DNA of 64,000 nucleotides from Squalus acanthias (taxonomy: Eukaryota). The notes below the pieces were generated by a model, which saw nothing but the letters and a program-made list of their open reading frames with translations, ran no database searches and had not been told where the DNA came from. The position numbers and the translations under genes were made by a program. This document shows positions 1-11,749 of the stretch, piece after piece; position 1 is the first letter of the stretch; every line of letters starts with the position of its first letter. The stretch lies in the NCBI GenBank assembly GCA_030390025.1, contig JASTWF010000031.1, positions 2,356,001 through 2,420,000 of the forward strand, given 5' to 3'.

Positions 1-1689
1 TGCGGAATTCACGGGACGCAAGCTTAGTTTGGATGGTTAAATACAGAAGAACTCATTATCAGTGACATGCCACAATACTGTCTTCAAACTCAAAGCTGAA
101 AACGTTTCTGCACCAGCATTATTTTCTCCTCGGAAAAGTTTATTGTTTTCTCCCTTTGGAACAGAAAGATGTATTTGCATAGGTCAATTAAGTTCAGACA
201 CACAATACTAAAGGCTTCCATATTACATGCCGAAATCAACTCTACAAAACTGCATCCTGGGAAACGAAACTTCCATGAGAATTTTAGCCATTCCGTGATC
301 TATTGCACAGAGAATAAAAGAATGTTGGGTGAACACAACAAAGCAGGAACATAATCAAGGAGTTCTGCAAAGCTAAGTTTGAATCCCACATTCCGAAAAT
401 TGCCCTGAATTATTAAAAAGTGGAAATATAGTAGATCCAATGAGCTTGCCTAGTAATGTATGCATATTGTCTGAATTCACTTCCCTCCCCGCCAGTAATC
501 CCACTGAGTTTCACTGTGCTTCATATCATGTGAATAAACTGAATGCTCAGGATATTTACTGTCAGACACATTTCAAGTATTTAAAAAATAAACAGATTTA
601 CAAAATTTGCTAGTCATGGGGAGGGGGGGGGGGGGAGGGAAGAGGAGGGGTAGAGAAGGCCGGAGAACATATTCAAAGAAACACTTTGTTAGAGTTTATC
701 ATCAATCCAGTGCATGAATCACACTATGATGATGAGACAGTGTGCAATTAAAAATAAGTTCTTGAATTTCCCGGAGTGGATTTATAGCCCAGTATTAGTA
801 ATACGGTTTAGTTGTAGCCTTCATATTGCACCAGTATTGCATTATGTTCTTGTTTCACTTAATTCCCCTTGTGTTGTGTATACAGTAGCTTTTCAGTGTT
901 CATTCTGAATCCAAACACTGGCGATCCAACCCCCGAAGCCCATATGACTCAGTCCTACTTGCACACAATTTTGTTTTTTTGTTGGTTTGTCCTGTTCAAA
1001 TTAGATTGGTTCAATTTGAATTTTGTGGGCCCAGAGGTTTGGAAAGAGCTGTTCTTAGCACTGTTACCTCATTGGTGGATAATTCCCAAGTATCTGTTGA
1101 ACTTGAAATGCATGGAACTAAATGGGAACATGGTTTTGAACTTTATATGTGGCCCCCGGGATTCCAACGATGCTTCAATGCAGTCCACAAAGACAAAAAA
1201 TTAAGCCACCCTAAAATGCTCTCTTTGGATAGGCAGACGAGCAGATATCATGTTCAGTGTTTAGACATGCATGAGCTTTCCCAGTAATTTTTAAAACATA
1301 GACAGAGAATTCCCTCCTTCTGTTTATTATTGCCAGATGTTTTGAATGGCTAAGGTCCATATTATAAACATAGTTAAAAACAGCAGGAGAAAAGCCGAGG
1401 TAAATCAAGTAGTGCAGTTAGGTGACAAGAGATTGTAGGAAGAAGGAAAAACCTGAGGGACATCAGGCATAATTTTGTGGTCCTAAGAAAATTTGAGTTT
1501 GAGCAAGAGTCAGTAAGATGAGGAGTCTAGATTTCAACACTGCAGTTGCAGCAAAAAGCATGTGGTACGGCATATCTGGAGCTTGAGAGGGATCAGAAGA
1601 ACAATTAGCATAGTTCCAATCTGTTACCAAAGTAGCTTTCTTTCACCTCCACAATACTTCCCACCTCCATCGCTACCTGCTCCCCACAC

Positions 1690-2115
1690 TTCCACTAACA
1701 AAACACTAATTCATGCTTTGATCACCTCCTGGTTTGACTCCTCCAGTACTTTCCTTTGGAAGCTGTCGATCAACATGTCCAAGAATTGATTAGCCACTGT
1801 TCAGTTGCAGGCAATGAATCTTAATTAATCTGCTAAATTCCGGCCTCTTGTGCATCCCCGATTTATCGCTCCACCACTGGCAGCTGTACCTTCAGCTGCC
1901 TAGGCCCTAAGCTCTGGAATTCCCTCCCTAAACCTCCGCCTCTCTACCTCTCTCTTTCCTCCTTTAAGACGATCCTTAAAACCTACCTTTGTGACCAAGC
2001 TGTCCTAATATCTCCTTATTTGGCTCGGAGTCAAATTTTGTTTGATAACTCTCCTGGGACATGCCTTGGGTTGTTTTACCACATTAAAGCCGCTATATAA
2101 ATACAAGTTGTGGTT
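1690..2115 (+). mobile_element. L2-clade LINE 3' fragment
   Basis: 'ctaggccctaagctctggaattccctccctaaacc...ctatataaatacaagttg' tail recurs many times in the window. Confidence 0.7.
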
Positions 2116-2605
2116 GTAGTAAATGGAAGCAACCACAGTTTGGAGTAGGTGATCTTGACATCACATGTCAAAGGCTGCTAATCACTAGCTTTGGTACCAG
2201 TATTACATTATTTGTATGGTAGCACAAACTATTGAAGCGTTGTTTTCAGGTTAATGATTCTACTCCACCACGTGCTGTTGAAGACTAGACATGACTAATT
2301 GGATAAGCTGAACTCTGCTTTGCTTTGATAGTAAGGCTATATTGAACGTTGCTACCAAGGCAAAGTTCTTTCTTTCCAGTTGCTCTTTTCACATGAACAT
2401 CAAATTGCAAGATTCATTAAAAAAATGTTTTAATTCTCCTAATGGCAGCTAGTGGATTTGAACCATGGCAGCTCCTAGTGTGTTGGAGGTTGCCTGCAAA
2501 AGAAATCTCCAATTATGTCAATGAGTGTAATATTATGGAAATCCACAACTCTATCGATTCTTTGAGCTCGAGTGCTAATGGCACCGGATAACGTACTTAC
2601 CTATC

Positions 2606-3031
2606 ATAGAAACATAGAATCTAGGAGCAGGAGTAGGCCATTCGGCCCGTCGAGCCTGCTCCACCATTCAATACGATCATGGCTGATCATTCAAATCCAG
2701 TACCCTGTCCCTGCTTTAATCCCCACAGTACACAAATCCCACCCTACCCCCGTAACCCCACGTACTTAATTCCCCCTAACATATCCCATCCTATCCCCAT
2801 AACCCCACATATTTAATCCCCCCTAACACTAAGGGTCAATTTATCATAGCCAAATCAACCTAACCCGCACATTTTTGGACTGTGGGAGGAAACCGGAGCA
2901 CCCGGAGGAAACCCACGCAGACACAGGGAGAATGTGCAAACTCCACACAGACAGTCACCCAAGGTCAGATTCGAACCCGGGTCCCTGGCGCTGTGAGGCA
3001 CCAGTGCTAACCACTATGCCACCGTGTTGCC
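2606..3031 (-). mobile_element. HE1-like V-SINE (tRNA head, V-domain, CR1-derived tail)
   Basis: Minus strand: A box gtggcatagtgg, B box ggttcgaatc, V-domain 'ctgcgtgggtttcctccgggtgctccggtttcctcccacagtccaaa', CR1 tail; CCTATC target-site duplication at 2600-2605 and 3032-3037. Confidence 0.85.
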
Positions 3032-4259
3032 CCTATCCTGGTAGAATCTATCTCCCTGACCCAATAACTTAAGCAATGCCTGAAATATAGGGCTACTAAT
3101 GGCCACAGAGCAACTCCAAGTGTGGCTATGGAATTTGGAATCAAAATGGAGGCATGTGGTAAAACAATAGTAGAAGAAATCAATTTTACTGCTTCATGTT
3201 GAAGGTTTTGAAAAATGTGTAAAAAAAAATCTTTTGTTGCAAGGAAAGTGAATTTTCAAGAGGATGCCTGTACAAACATGACTGAAGATGAATGCTAATT
3301 TGCTAAATATTTGACACATTGGCAGGTCAATAAAGGTTTAACTTTACAATTTACTTGAATTTTGTAATTTTATTAGTTTATAAATTAAAAGGAATGTTTT
3401 TTCTTGCCACCTTGGCAGCACAACAAGTGGTAAGCTTTAAAAGAATGAGAACGTCTCAAAGGATTATCTGTGGTTCAAAAAGTATTGGCACAATCTAGCC
3501 AATCTTAAACTGAAGTAAAACATACCACATTGTTTAAAAATTAAATACCTATTTCAGGATTGCTACTGTACATGTCAATAAACTGAAAAGGCTATTTTTT
3601 GGCAAATGTGGATATAATGCAGTGCAATTGTAAATAGAATTCAAAGTACACGACATTATAATTCAAATTGCGGGCATCAGCCAGTAAAACCATGGAAGTA
3701 GCTGGTGCGAGTATGCCTTATAATAAAAGCATCCCGAGTTGTAAACAACTGATGCACCAGCTGTCAATCTCCACCTAAATGAACAGGATAGACATTGTAA
3801 GCATGGCTGATTAAGGATGGTGCAAAGGCACAGCAACTTGATGCACCGTGTTACAACAAGACAAGACATGATAGAACAGAGGCCTGTACCCCTGACTCCC
3901 TATGTCACTGTATTTGGGAGATACACCAAGTATACATCAGATTTTTTTTCTCCCACAGCAGAAACCTTTAGCAAGTCACCCCAGATTTGCTCACACTCAA
4001 GAGCACTAAAAAAGAGATCATCTGGCTAACTTTTGCGCCAGGAGAATAACCAGTCGTACAAAGAAAGCAAAAACAATTATTTTTAAAAAGAGGGGAAAAA
4101 AGGACAAAGTAATTTATTGCACTTATGATCTGAAATTCATAATCGTCCATAAAATTGTGAACTAATTAAAGAGCTGCTAAATTGCATTAATAGGGCTATT
4201 CAGAGGCAATACTGCATCTGGGAAAATATGGTGCACATTCTGAACAAGTTGCTCTCCCC

Positions 4260-4985
4260 TAGCTTTCCTCTTCACCATCAACTCCATCCCCTTCCTCGGC
4301 CACTGCCTCAGGCTGCACCAGACTGGGTCAACCTTCCTGTCCTATTTGACCATGAGCTGAACTCCTGACCCTATATCCTCTCCAGCACAAATCTTTCGCC
4401 CCTACCTCAGACCATCTGCAAATGAAACACTCATTCATATCTTAGTCACCTCCAGACATGACTATTCCACTGCTCTCCTGGCCAGCTTCCCATCCTCCAC
4501 CCTCAGTAAACTTCAACTCATCCAAAATTCTGCTGCCCACATCCGATCCTGCACCGTCTGACTCTCCCATCACTCCCGACCTTGATTTTCTCCTGGTCCC
4601 GCCAACAACTTAAATGTAAAATTCCAATAGTTTTATTTAATTACCTTCATGGTCCCACCCCTTCCTATTTCTGTAACCTTCTTCAGTGCTACAAACTCCC
4701 ACATCCAAAATCTCCAGTCCTCTCTCTCCAGCCACTTGTACATCCCTTCCTTCACTCTACTCATGCTGGCTGTGCCTTTGGCTGCCAAGGCTCCACACTC
4801 AGGAATTCCCTCCTTAAGCTCTTCCACTTCACTCTCATCCAAAATGCTTCATAAAACACCCCCTCTTTGACCAAACTTCTGGTCACTCCTCTTGAGTTCA
4901 GTGTTCATTTTTTCCCCTTTACACCTCTGGGAAGCATCATGGGACATGTTTCAGTGTTAAAGGCATTATATAAATGCAAGTTGTT
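4260..4985 (+). mobile_element. Degraded L2-clade LINE 3' region
   Basis: Similar to the 38210-39985 element; ends in tataaatgcaagttg. Confidence 0.7.
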
Positions 4986-5429
4986 ACTGGGTGATCACAA
5001 CTGGCCATCTCTATATCATACAGGATAAGTCTATGTGCTTATAATCAATACTAAAATACTAAATCTTTTGCAATAATACTCAGTGTCTCCATTCGCTATT
5101 TCATATCTTACTGCTCAAGCTGTTTTGCCTCCCCCTCCTCTACTAAAAAGTGATTCAGACTGGGATACAATCCCATGAGCATCAGCAATCCTTTTGGACT
5201 TTTCCCAAGTGGCCATCAGGTATACGCCTTGACAGCAAGTGTCAGACTATGCAATGTGGGATTATCACAAACAAGGCCAATGCTGCCCACACACACACAG
5301 AACCTGGTGGATTTTTTCCTCTCTCTTTCCCCACCTGAGATCAGCAAATTCAGCGCAGATCACAAATTGAACTTAAGACTTCCTGGTCGGTATGTTCCCT
5401 CAGAGTATCTCCAATTCCAGCCTCGTCAT

Positions 5430-5810
5430 CTCCGATTTCCTTTGGCCCTCCATTGGTGGCCATGCCTTCAGTTGTCTAGGCCCTAAACTCTGGAATTCCC
5501 TTCCTAAACATCTCTGCCTTTCTACCACTCTGTCCTCCTTTTAAGATGCTCCTTAAAACCTACCTCTTTCCTGTTCTAACAATAACAAAATTTGACACCT
5601 AGCCACATAGGAGATAGTAGGACATGTGATCAAAAGCTTGGTCAAAGGAGGTAGGTTTTAAGCAGCATCGTAAAGGAGGAGGAGAGGTGTGGAGAAGTTT
5701 AGGGAGGGAATTCCAGGGCTTAGGGCCTAGGCAGCTGAAACCAGAGCTGCCACTCGTGGAGCGATGAAAATCAGGGATGCGCAAGAGATCAGAGTTGGAG
5801 GAGCACATAG
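5430..5810. mobile_element. Two L2 3' fragments tail-to-tail (plus ~5430-5575, minus ~5580-5810)
   Basis: 'ctaggccctaaactctggaattccc' on plus and its reverse complement 'gggaattccagggcttagggcctag' about 240 bp later. Confidence 0.7.
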
Positions 5811-6596
5811 ACCAAATGTGACTGACTCAAAACATGCAGTGTACAATCTGCATATTAAAAAAAATTGTGCACAAACATACATCTCAATTTTATGTTTACT
5901 TAGAAACTGCATCTTGCTCATGACAGACAAACATAATCTGGGACAAGAAGTACATCAAGTGTGCATTATTTATCTCAAATTAACAAGATCAAACTTATCC
6001 AGTAACAGAGACTGGACCAACTATTACTTAAGGCTGTTGCTTGACTATTCTGCGCAGTCATGATGTCAGCTGAATACAGAGCAACCAAAATTCAACTGGA
6101 GCAAATAATTGTTCTCTGGTACCTGTTCAGGGAATGAGTCTGTTTTTCTACATTGTTTCTGCTCCTAAATGTGCCAGATTATGCAAGATGCCTAAAATTG
6201 AATTAGAACTTTGTCTTTTTTTTCTTGGAGCGACTAATTTTTGCTTCTTTCCTCCTCCCATTTAGAAAAGGAGGTTACTGCTGCTGCAATGGATTGGTAT
6301 TTATAATTATACTAATAAAGAACTTCATACTACAACATCAGTTGTGTGATGATTATATATTCATCCCTATGTGTAGCCTTGCAAAATGCTCTCCATGGTC
6401 ACATTGCTACTATGTATTTCAAAGCATAAACTGCAATGTTCAGCACTTATTCAGTCCACAGAAATCTCCATGAACGGGGCTCAGATCTCCAACTTGCAAG
6501 GTTAAATTTCTAGTGTTAAGGCCAGCAGGACACCTCCAACCACCCCATCCAGTAACAATCATAAATTAGCTATAATTATCAAAATCATGACAAGAA

Positions 6597-7410
6597 AAAA
6601 GAACTTGCATTTATTTAGCACTTTTCACTTCCTCAAGACATCCCTGGAGTGCGTCACAACCCATGAATCACTTTCGAAGTGTAGTCACTGTTACATAGGC
6701 AAACTTGTCAGCACATTTGAACGCAGCAAAGTCCCATGAACAGCAATGAAATAAATATGTTTAAGTGATGTGGGAGGAATGTTGGTCATGACTAGAAGAA
6801 CTTCCTTCCTTAGAATAGTACTATAGAACGTTTTACATCCTAGTGGTGGCTCAGTTGGTAGCACACTCGCCTCTGAGTCAGAAGGTTGTGGGTTCAAGTC
6901 TCACTCCAGAGACTGGAGCACAAAAATCTAGGCTGATACTCCAGTGCAGTACTGAGGGAGTGCTGCACTGTTGGAGGTGCCATCTTTCTGCCGAGACGTT
7001 AAACCGAGGCCCCGTCTGCTCTCTCAGGTGGCCGTAAAAGATTCCATGGCACTATTTCAAAGAGATGGGGAGTTATCCCTGGTGTCCTGGCCAATACTTA
7101 TCCCTCAATTATCACTAAAACAGATTGTGGGAGCTTGCTGTGCGCAAACTCACTGCTGAGTTTCCTACATTACAAAAGTGACGACACCTCAGGACGTTGA
7201 GGTCGAGAAAGTTGCTATATACTGTAAATGCAAGTCTTTTTTTTTCTTTTACATCAACTTGAACAGACAGACAGGGCTTCAGTTCAATATCTCCTCCAAT
7301 TATACAGCACTCCCTCAGCGCTACACTTTTGGCAAAATCACTGGAATGGGGGTTGAGCCCAGAGCCTACTGGTTCAGAGGTGAGGATGCTACCACAGAGC
7401 CAAGCTGATA
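6597..7410 (-). mobile_element. Older Deu-domain SINE split by the plus-strand copy
   Basis: Tail at 6600-6840 and head at 7250-7410 in minus orientation (tcagcttggctctgtggtagc...). Confidence 0.7.
6843..7246 (+). mobile_element. Full-length tRNA-derived Deu-domain SINE (SacSINE1/AmnSINE1-like)
   Basis: A box gtggctcagttgg, B box ggttcaagtc, Deu core 'gtgctgcactgttggaggtgcc...gttaaaccgaggccccgtctg', L2-like tail; TTTTACATC duplication at 6831-6839 and 7247-7255. Confidence 0.85.
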
Positions 7411-10400
7411 CTTAAGATAAAAGTAGTTAAGATCCCTGCAACACGGAAATGAGCCATTTGGCCCAACCAATCCATACTGGTGTTCATCCTCCACAGCAGC
7501 AGTAGTTCTCATCACACATGTCTCACAACCCTCTGTTTAAAATGTTTGTCCTGCTCTCGGTCATACATCTCTTGCATTTATTATTATATCTGTCCCACTA
7601 TTCCAGACGCCTCAACCACTGGAAACAGTCCGCTTCAATCCACTCTGCCCCATCCCTTCAAGTAAATACCTCTATCAAATCACTGTAATCTCTGTTTTCA
7701 CAACAAATGTCCCAACTTTTCATGTCTTTCTCTGTATTTCTAGCATTTCATTTGCTAGAAAATGACCGAGTTTAACTTGGGTGGTTTGCATCCAGCACAG
7801 ATTTACATTCTAAGTTTCAGTTTAAGACTGACATCCATTGCTATTGCCAATAAATGCTGGATGTTCCTTTATCTGTATCTAAGTTCATACTTTATTTTAT
7901 CACCTCAGAAACAGAAGAAAGAAAACGATCTCCAAGAGAGCTTCTGTATTTTCACAATGTAATACATATATCAGTGCCACTCTGGAAGTTGCACACATGA
8001 TCCATAGCAACAGGTATACATCTGTAAAGGACTCATTGTACAATCTAACCTGAAAAGTTACCAAAGTCTTGCAATGATTGGTATTATGCTCCCAGAATTT
8101 ACTCCATGTATTTTATTTCATTGGGATTATAGTCAGGACTTTGATTTAAGGGAGCTGTGTTCCTTATGGTGACATTAGCAACAGAATTGCTAAATACTAT
8201 GATTCTACCAGTAGTTTAAATTAATTTCAAGCAGAGTAGCACTCCTGCTACCTTGGCAAAGCTTCCATTTTCAAATTCAGCAAGGCTAACCTGACAACAG
8301 GTATTTCACAGCAACAGATATGGCAAACTGTCTTATTATCCCAACTTTTTCCATAGTGATCTGAAGCGAGCTAGGACCAGATGAGTGCGACCCTTTTGTT
8401 CCAGTTTGCTATAAGGCGAAGAGGGTATTTAAATAAACTTCACAGAAGCACACTAGTCCTTTAGTGGCTAGCAGGCGACCAAAAAGCTGGTGGAGTTACC
8501 AGTTTTACCAAGTTAGCATTGCAACTACCAGCAACTGCCAAATAAAAAAAGTTCAAACGGACTTTTCAGCACCTCTGGACTCAGTTCATCATTGGAATTG
8601 CTTGGGATAAAATTATTTTGTAAATTAAATTGAAATTTGTCAAAGTTAACTGTTGGTGAACAATTGCTGAATGTAACTAATTCAGAAGGCCATTCACATT
8701 TTTTTTTAAATAAAAAAGAGTGGGAAGGAAAATGTGTCAGTGATGGGTTAGTAAGGGAGCAACATAATTGAAAATACTCATAGCCTGAATCCTCTCAACC
8801 CAACAGCATGTGGAGCAGCAGAACACAAGTCAGCAATTTTCAGAGAGACCTTGCCAACAGATGGGAAGAAAAAAAATTAAACGTTACCCAGATCCACTCT
8901 TGTGCGCACCCTCGCGGCTAATACAAGAGTACATCAGCAGAGAGCCGGGAACGGCTCATAGCTCGTCTACCACAATACTGGGCAGAGAATGGTGCATGAC
9001 AAGCCTAAAGGAGGGAGACTGTTAATAGATACTGGACTTGAAGAGTCAGGTTTGAAAATTAGCAGGTAAATTGTGCGAACTCTTTTCATCAGATTAACCG
9101 TATGAAAATATAACGTGGCATAGGACCAGTATTACCTTATTCACCAGTTGCTAGAACCTAGTGATGCCTAGGTTCCTATTTCTATTTCCACAGGCTGCTT
9201 TTCTCAGTTGTTACAATTATTATACTTGGGGCTACATGTAAGGATTATTTTTGTCATGAAATATCAATTCGTTAAACAATTGAATGTTACTTTGGAGCCA
9301 GGGCTCTAAGCATGATGTCAGCATGTTATTGTTGCAATCTACTACATAGTCATATAGAAGTGATCCAAGCAACTTTCATCTTAGTCAGTGAACTTGGTAA
9401 TACATAAAATAAAAGCAACACACAAATTTGAGTGTTCATTTTAGAAAAGCAGTATCAGCCAACTTCAATCAAATATCTTAGAAGATGTGTCTGTACAGAG
9501 CACTACTGTGTCCATGCTGCCAATATGGCCATTAGTCAATTACTGTAAATGCCTCCAAACATTTGAGAATTAATCATACGTGATTACTCAGTACTGTTTT
9601 CCCTGTATTACAGCGCTATTGCACCAGTTTTCAAAACCCGTAAGTTTTTAAGCTCATTTTTAACATAAGGGGTGTTAATCCTTCACAAGTCATTATTTTA
9701 AATGACTATTACAAATATTAATTGAAAAGGGACATGATTAAAAAGTGGGGATATTTTTCTATGTTGCCGCAATCAATTCCTTCAGCAGCAGGCAGTATCA
9801 CAGCTATCATTTCATACAGGATATTAACATGTACTCGTTTCCTCAGATCTTCCATCATCAGGGCAGTAAATATTGTTTAGTTTACAAGTGTAGAAGTACC
9901 TTTGGCTGCCAAGTTTTTGCATCTTTCAGTTTACAATCAAACTAGACAAAACACAAAGCTAAAGTTGGCATATCAGAAATTATTCTGCAATTAAACGTTT
10001 GAATTGGTGCTGTCACTTAAATTCTTACAGCCGGTCAAGTTACTGAGATCTCAGTCAATCTTTCAAAGTAAATTACTTTGTCATTGTACTGCACTGTACA
10101 TTTTAGCATTGTTTCCTTCACTATTACCCGTTTATAAATATAGGTAAGCTGTATAAGCTTGTGTTTAAATCCCATCATGGTCTCATCCTCCCCTCTCTTT
10201 ATAACCTCTTCTAGCCCTACAAACCCCCCTCCCCCCTGTTCCTGACCCTGGCATTTCATGCTAGCCCTTACTTGTGCCTTCAAGCATCTAGGCCACATAC
10301 TCTGGGATTCCCCTCTGCCTCGCTACCTCAAAAATCCTCCTTAAAGTCATCCTCCCCCCCCCAATAGCATCTTTGTCTCAGTGTCCATTTCTGTCTAATT

Positions 10401-10459
10401 ACACCTCTGAAGTACCTTGGCACATTATTCTACACCAAAGTCGCTATACAAGTGAGATA

Positions 10460-11185
10460 GCAAAATACTGCGGATGCTGGAAATCCGAAATAACAGAAAA
10501 CGCTGGAAAAACTCAGCAGGCCAGGCAGCATCCGTGGAGAGAGAGGCACACCTCCGTTCAGTCCGTAAGGGGGACCCCGAGCTCCCGGTGGCCTGTAACT
10601 TTAATTCACCGCTCCATTCCCACTCAGACCTCACCGTCCTCGGCCTCTTGCATTGTTCCACGGAAGCTTAGCGTTAGCTCGAGGAACAGCACCTCATCTT
10701 TCAATTAGGCACTCTACAGCCCTCTGGACTCAACACAGAGTTCAACAATTTCAGATCATAACCCCGGCCCCTATCGCATATATATATATATTTTTATTTT
10801 ATTTATTTTTTATCCACACTTTTGTTTGGCCTTTTTTTCTTCCCTCCCACATGGCAGCTGTCCTTCATTCTGCCAGCGCAATTCACACTTCATCTAGAGC
10901 CATCCTTTGTTCCTTAACCTGTCCCATTACCATCTCCTCTTGCCTTGAATATCTCTTAATGTCTCTTACTCTCCTGCTTTCTATCCTATCACTGACCTTC
11001 CCTTTTGTTCTTTCATCCCTCCCCCTTTTCCCAGCCCTAAACTTGCTTTAAAATCTATTTCATTTCCTGCTTTTTTCCAGTTTTGACGAAAGGTCTTCGA
11101 CCTGAAACGTTAACTCCTGTTTCTCTCTCCACAGATGCTGCCTGGCCTGCTGAGTTTTTCCAGCATTTTCTGTTGTTATTTCGCT
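10460..11185 (+). mobile_element. Penelope-like element 3' remnant (GIY-YIG C-terminus) with inverted pseudo-LTR piece
   Basis: Translates DPELPVACNFNSPLHSHSDLTVLGLLHCSTEA*R*LEEQHLIFQLGTLQPSGLNTEF; 10485-10545 is the reverse complement of 11122-11182. Confidence 0.8.
11079..11115 (+). ncRNA. Degenerate minimal type I hammerhead ribozyme motif (Penelope-borne)
   Basis: AGTT-tTGACGA-A-AGGTC-ttc-GACCT-GAAA-CG-TT-AACT; C3 of the core replaced by T. Confidence 0.6.
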
Positions 11186-11197
11186 ATGTTCTTGTTG

Positions 11198-11372
11198 AAC
11201 AGAAAATGCTGGAAACACTCAGGCCAGTTGGCATCTGTGGAGAGAATAGATGAGTTAATGTTTCAGGTGTAGACTTGAAACGTTAATAAGGCTGTTCTCC
11301 TGACGTGCTGAGTGCTTCCAGCATTTTCAGCTTTTGTTTGAGAGAGTTCCAGCATCTGCAGATTTTTTTCTT
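11198..11372. mobile_element. Palindromic non-autonomous Penelope derivative
   Basis: gaaaatgctggaaacactcag ... ctgagtgcttccagcattttc inverted arms around a ttaatgtttcagg/cttgaaacgttaa centre. Confidence 0.65.
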
Positions 11373-11749
11373 TTGGTGTATATTATTGTTGTTGAATTCG
11401 TCTTGCTCTCAAGACTCATATGGCACCCCTCCCCTCTCTCCATATTTCGGTTACAACTACGAAACGCAGACTTAACAAAATGATCGGTGGCAAGATCAAG
11501 TGTGACAGGTGGAACCGAGACATTCCAACGGCCAGTCTCAGTCACCAGGTGCTGCTACCCGCAGGGAATTTACTGAGCAGGTTGATCAGAATCCTTCCTC
11601 CACCCACCAGAACACTGCAAACCGCCTCCAACAAACCCAGTCCGTGTAGAGAAGGTACAGAAGTACAATTTCTAAAAGGTTAGCAGCGACTAGGAGACTT
11701 TTGATTTATGGATTCCCTCTAGTTAAACTCTGACTTTCCAGCAGCCCCG

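Noticed and set aside
617-652. G-rich run as a functional G-quadruplex
   Set aside because: Similar poly-G runs recur at 25599, 31559 and 37664 with no supporting context
6843-6910. tRNA-like sequence, also at 2960-3031
   Set aside because: A and B boxes continue straight into SINE bodies; no complete cloverleaf
8563-8585. REST/RE1-like motif TTCAGCACCtcTGGACT
   Set aside because: Spacer is one base too long and the right half-site is poor
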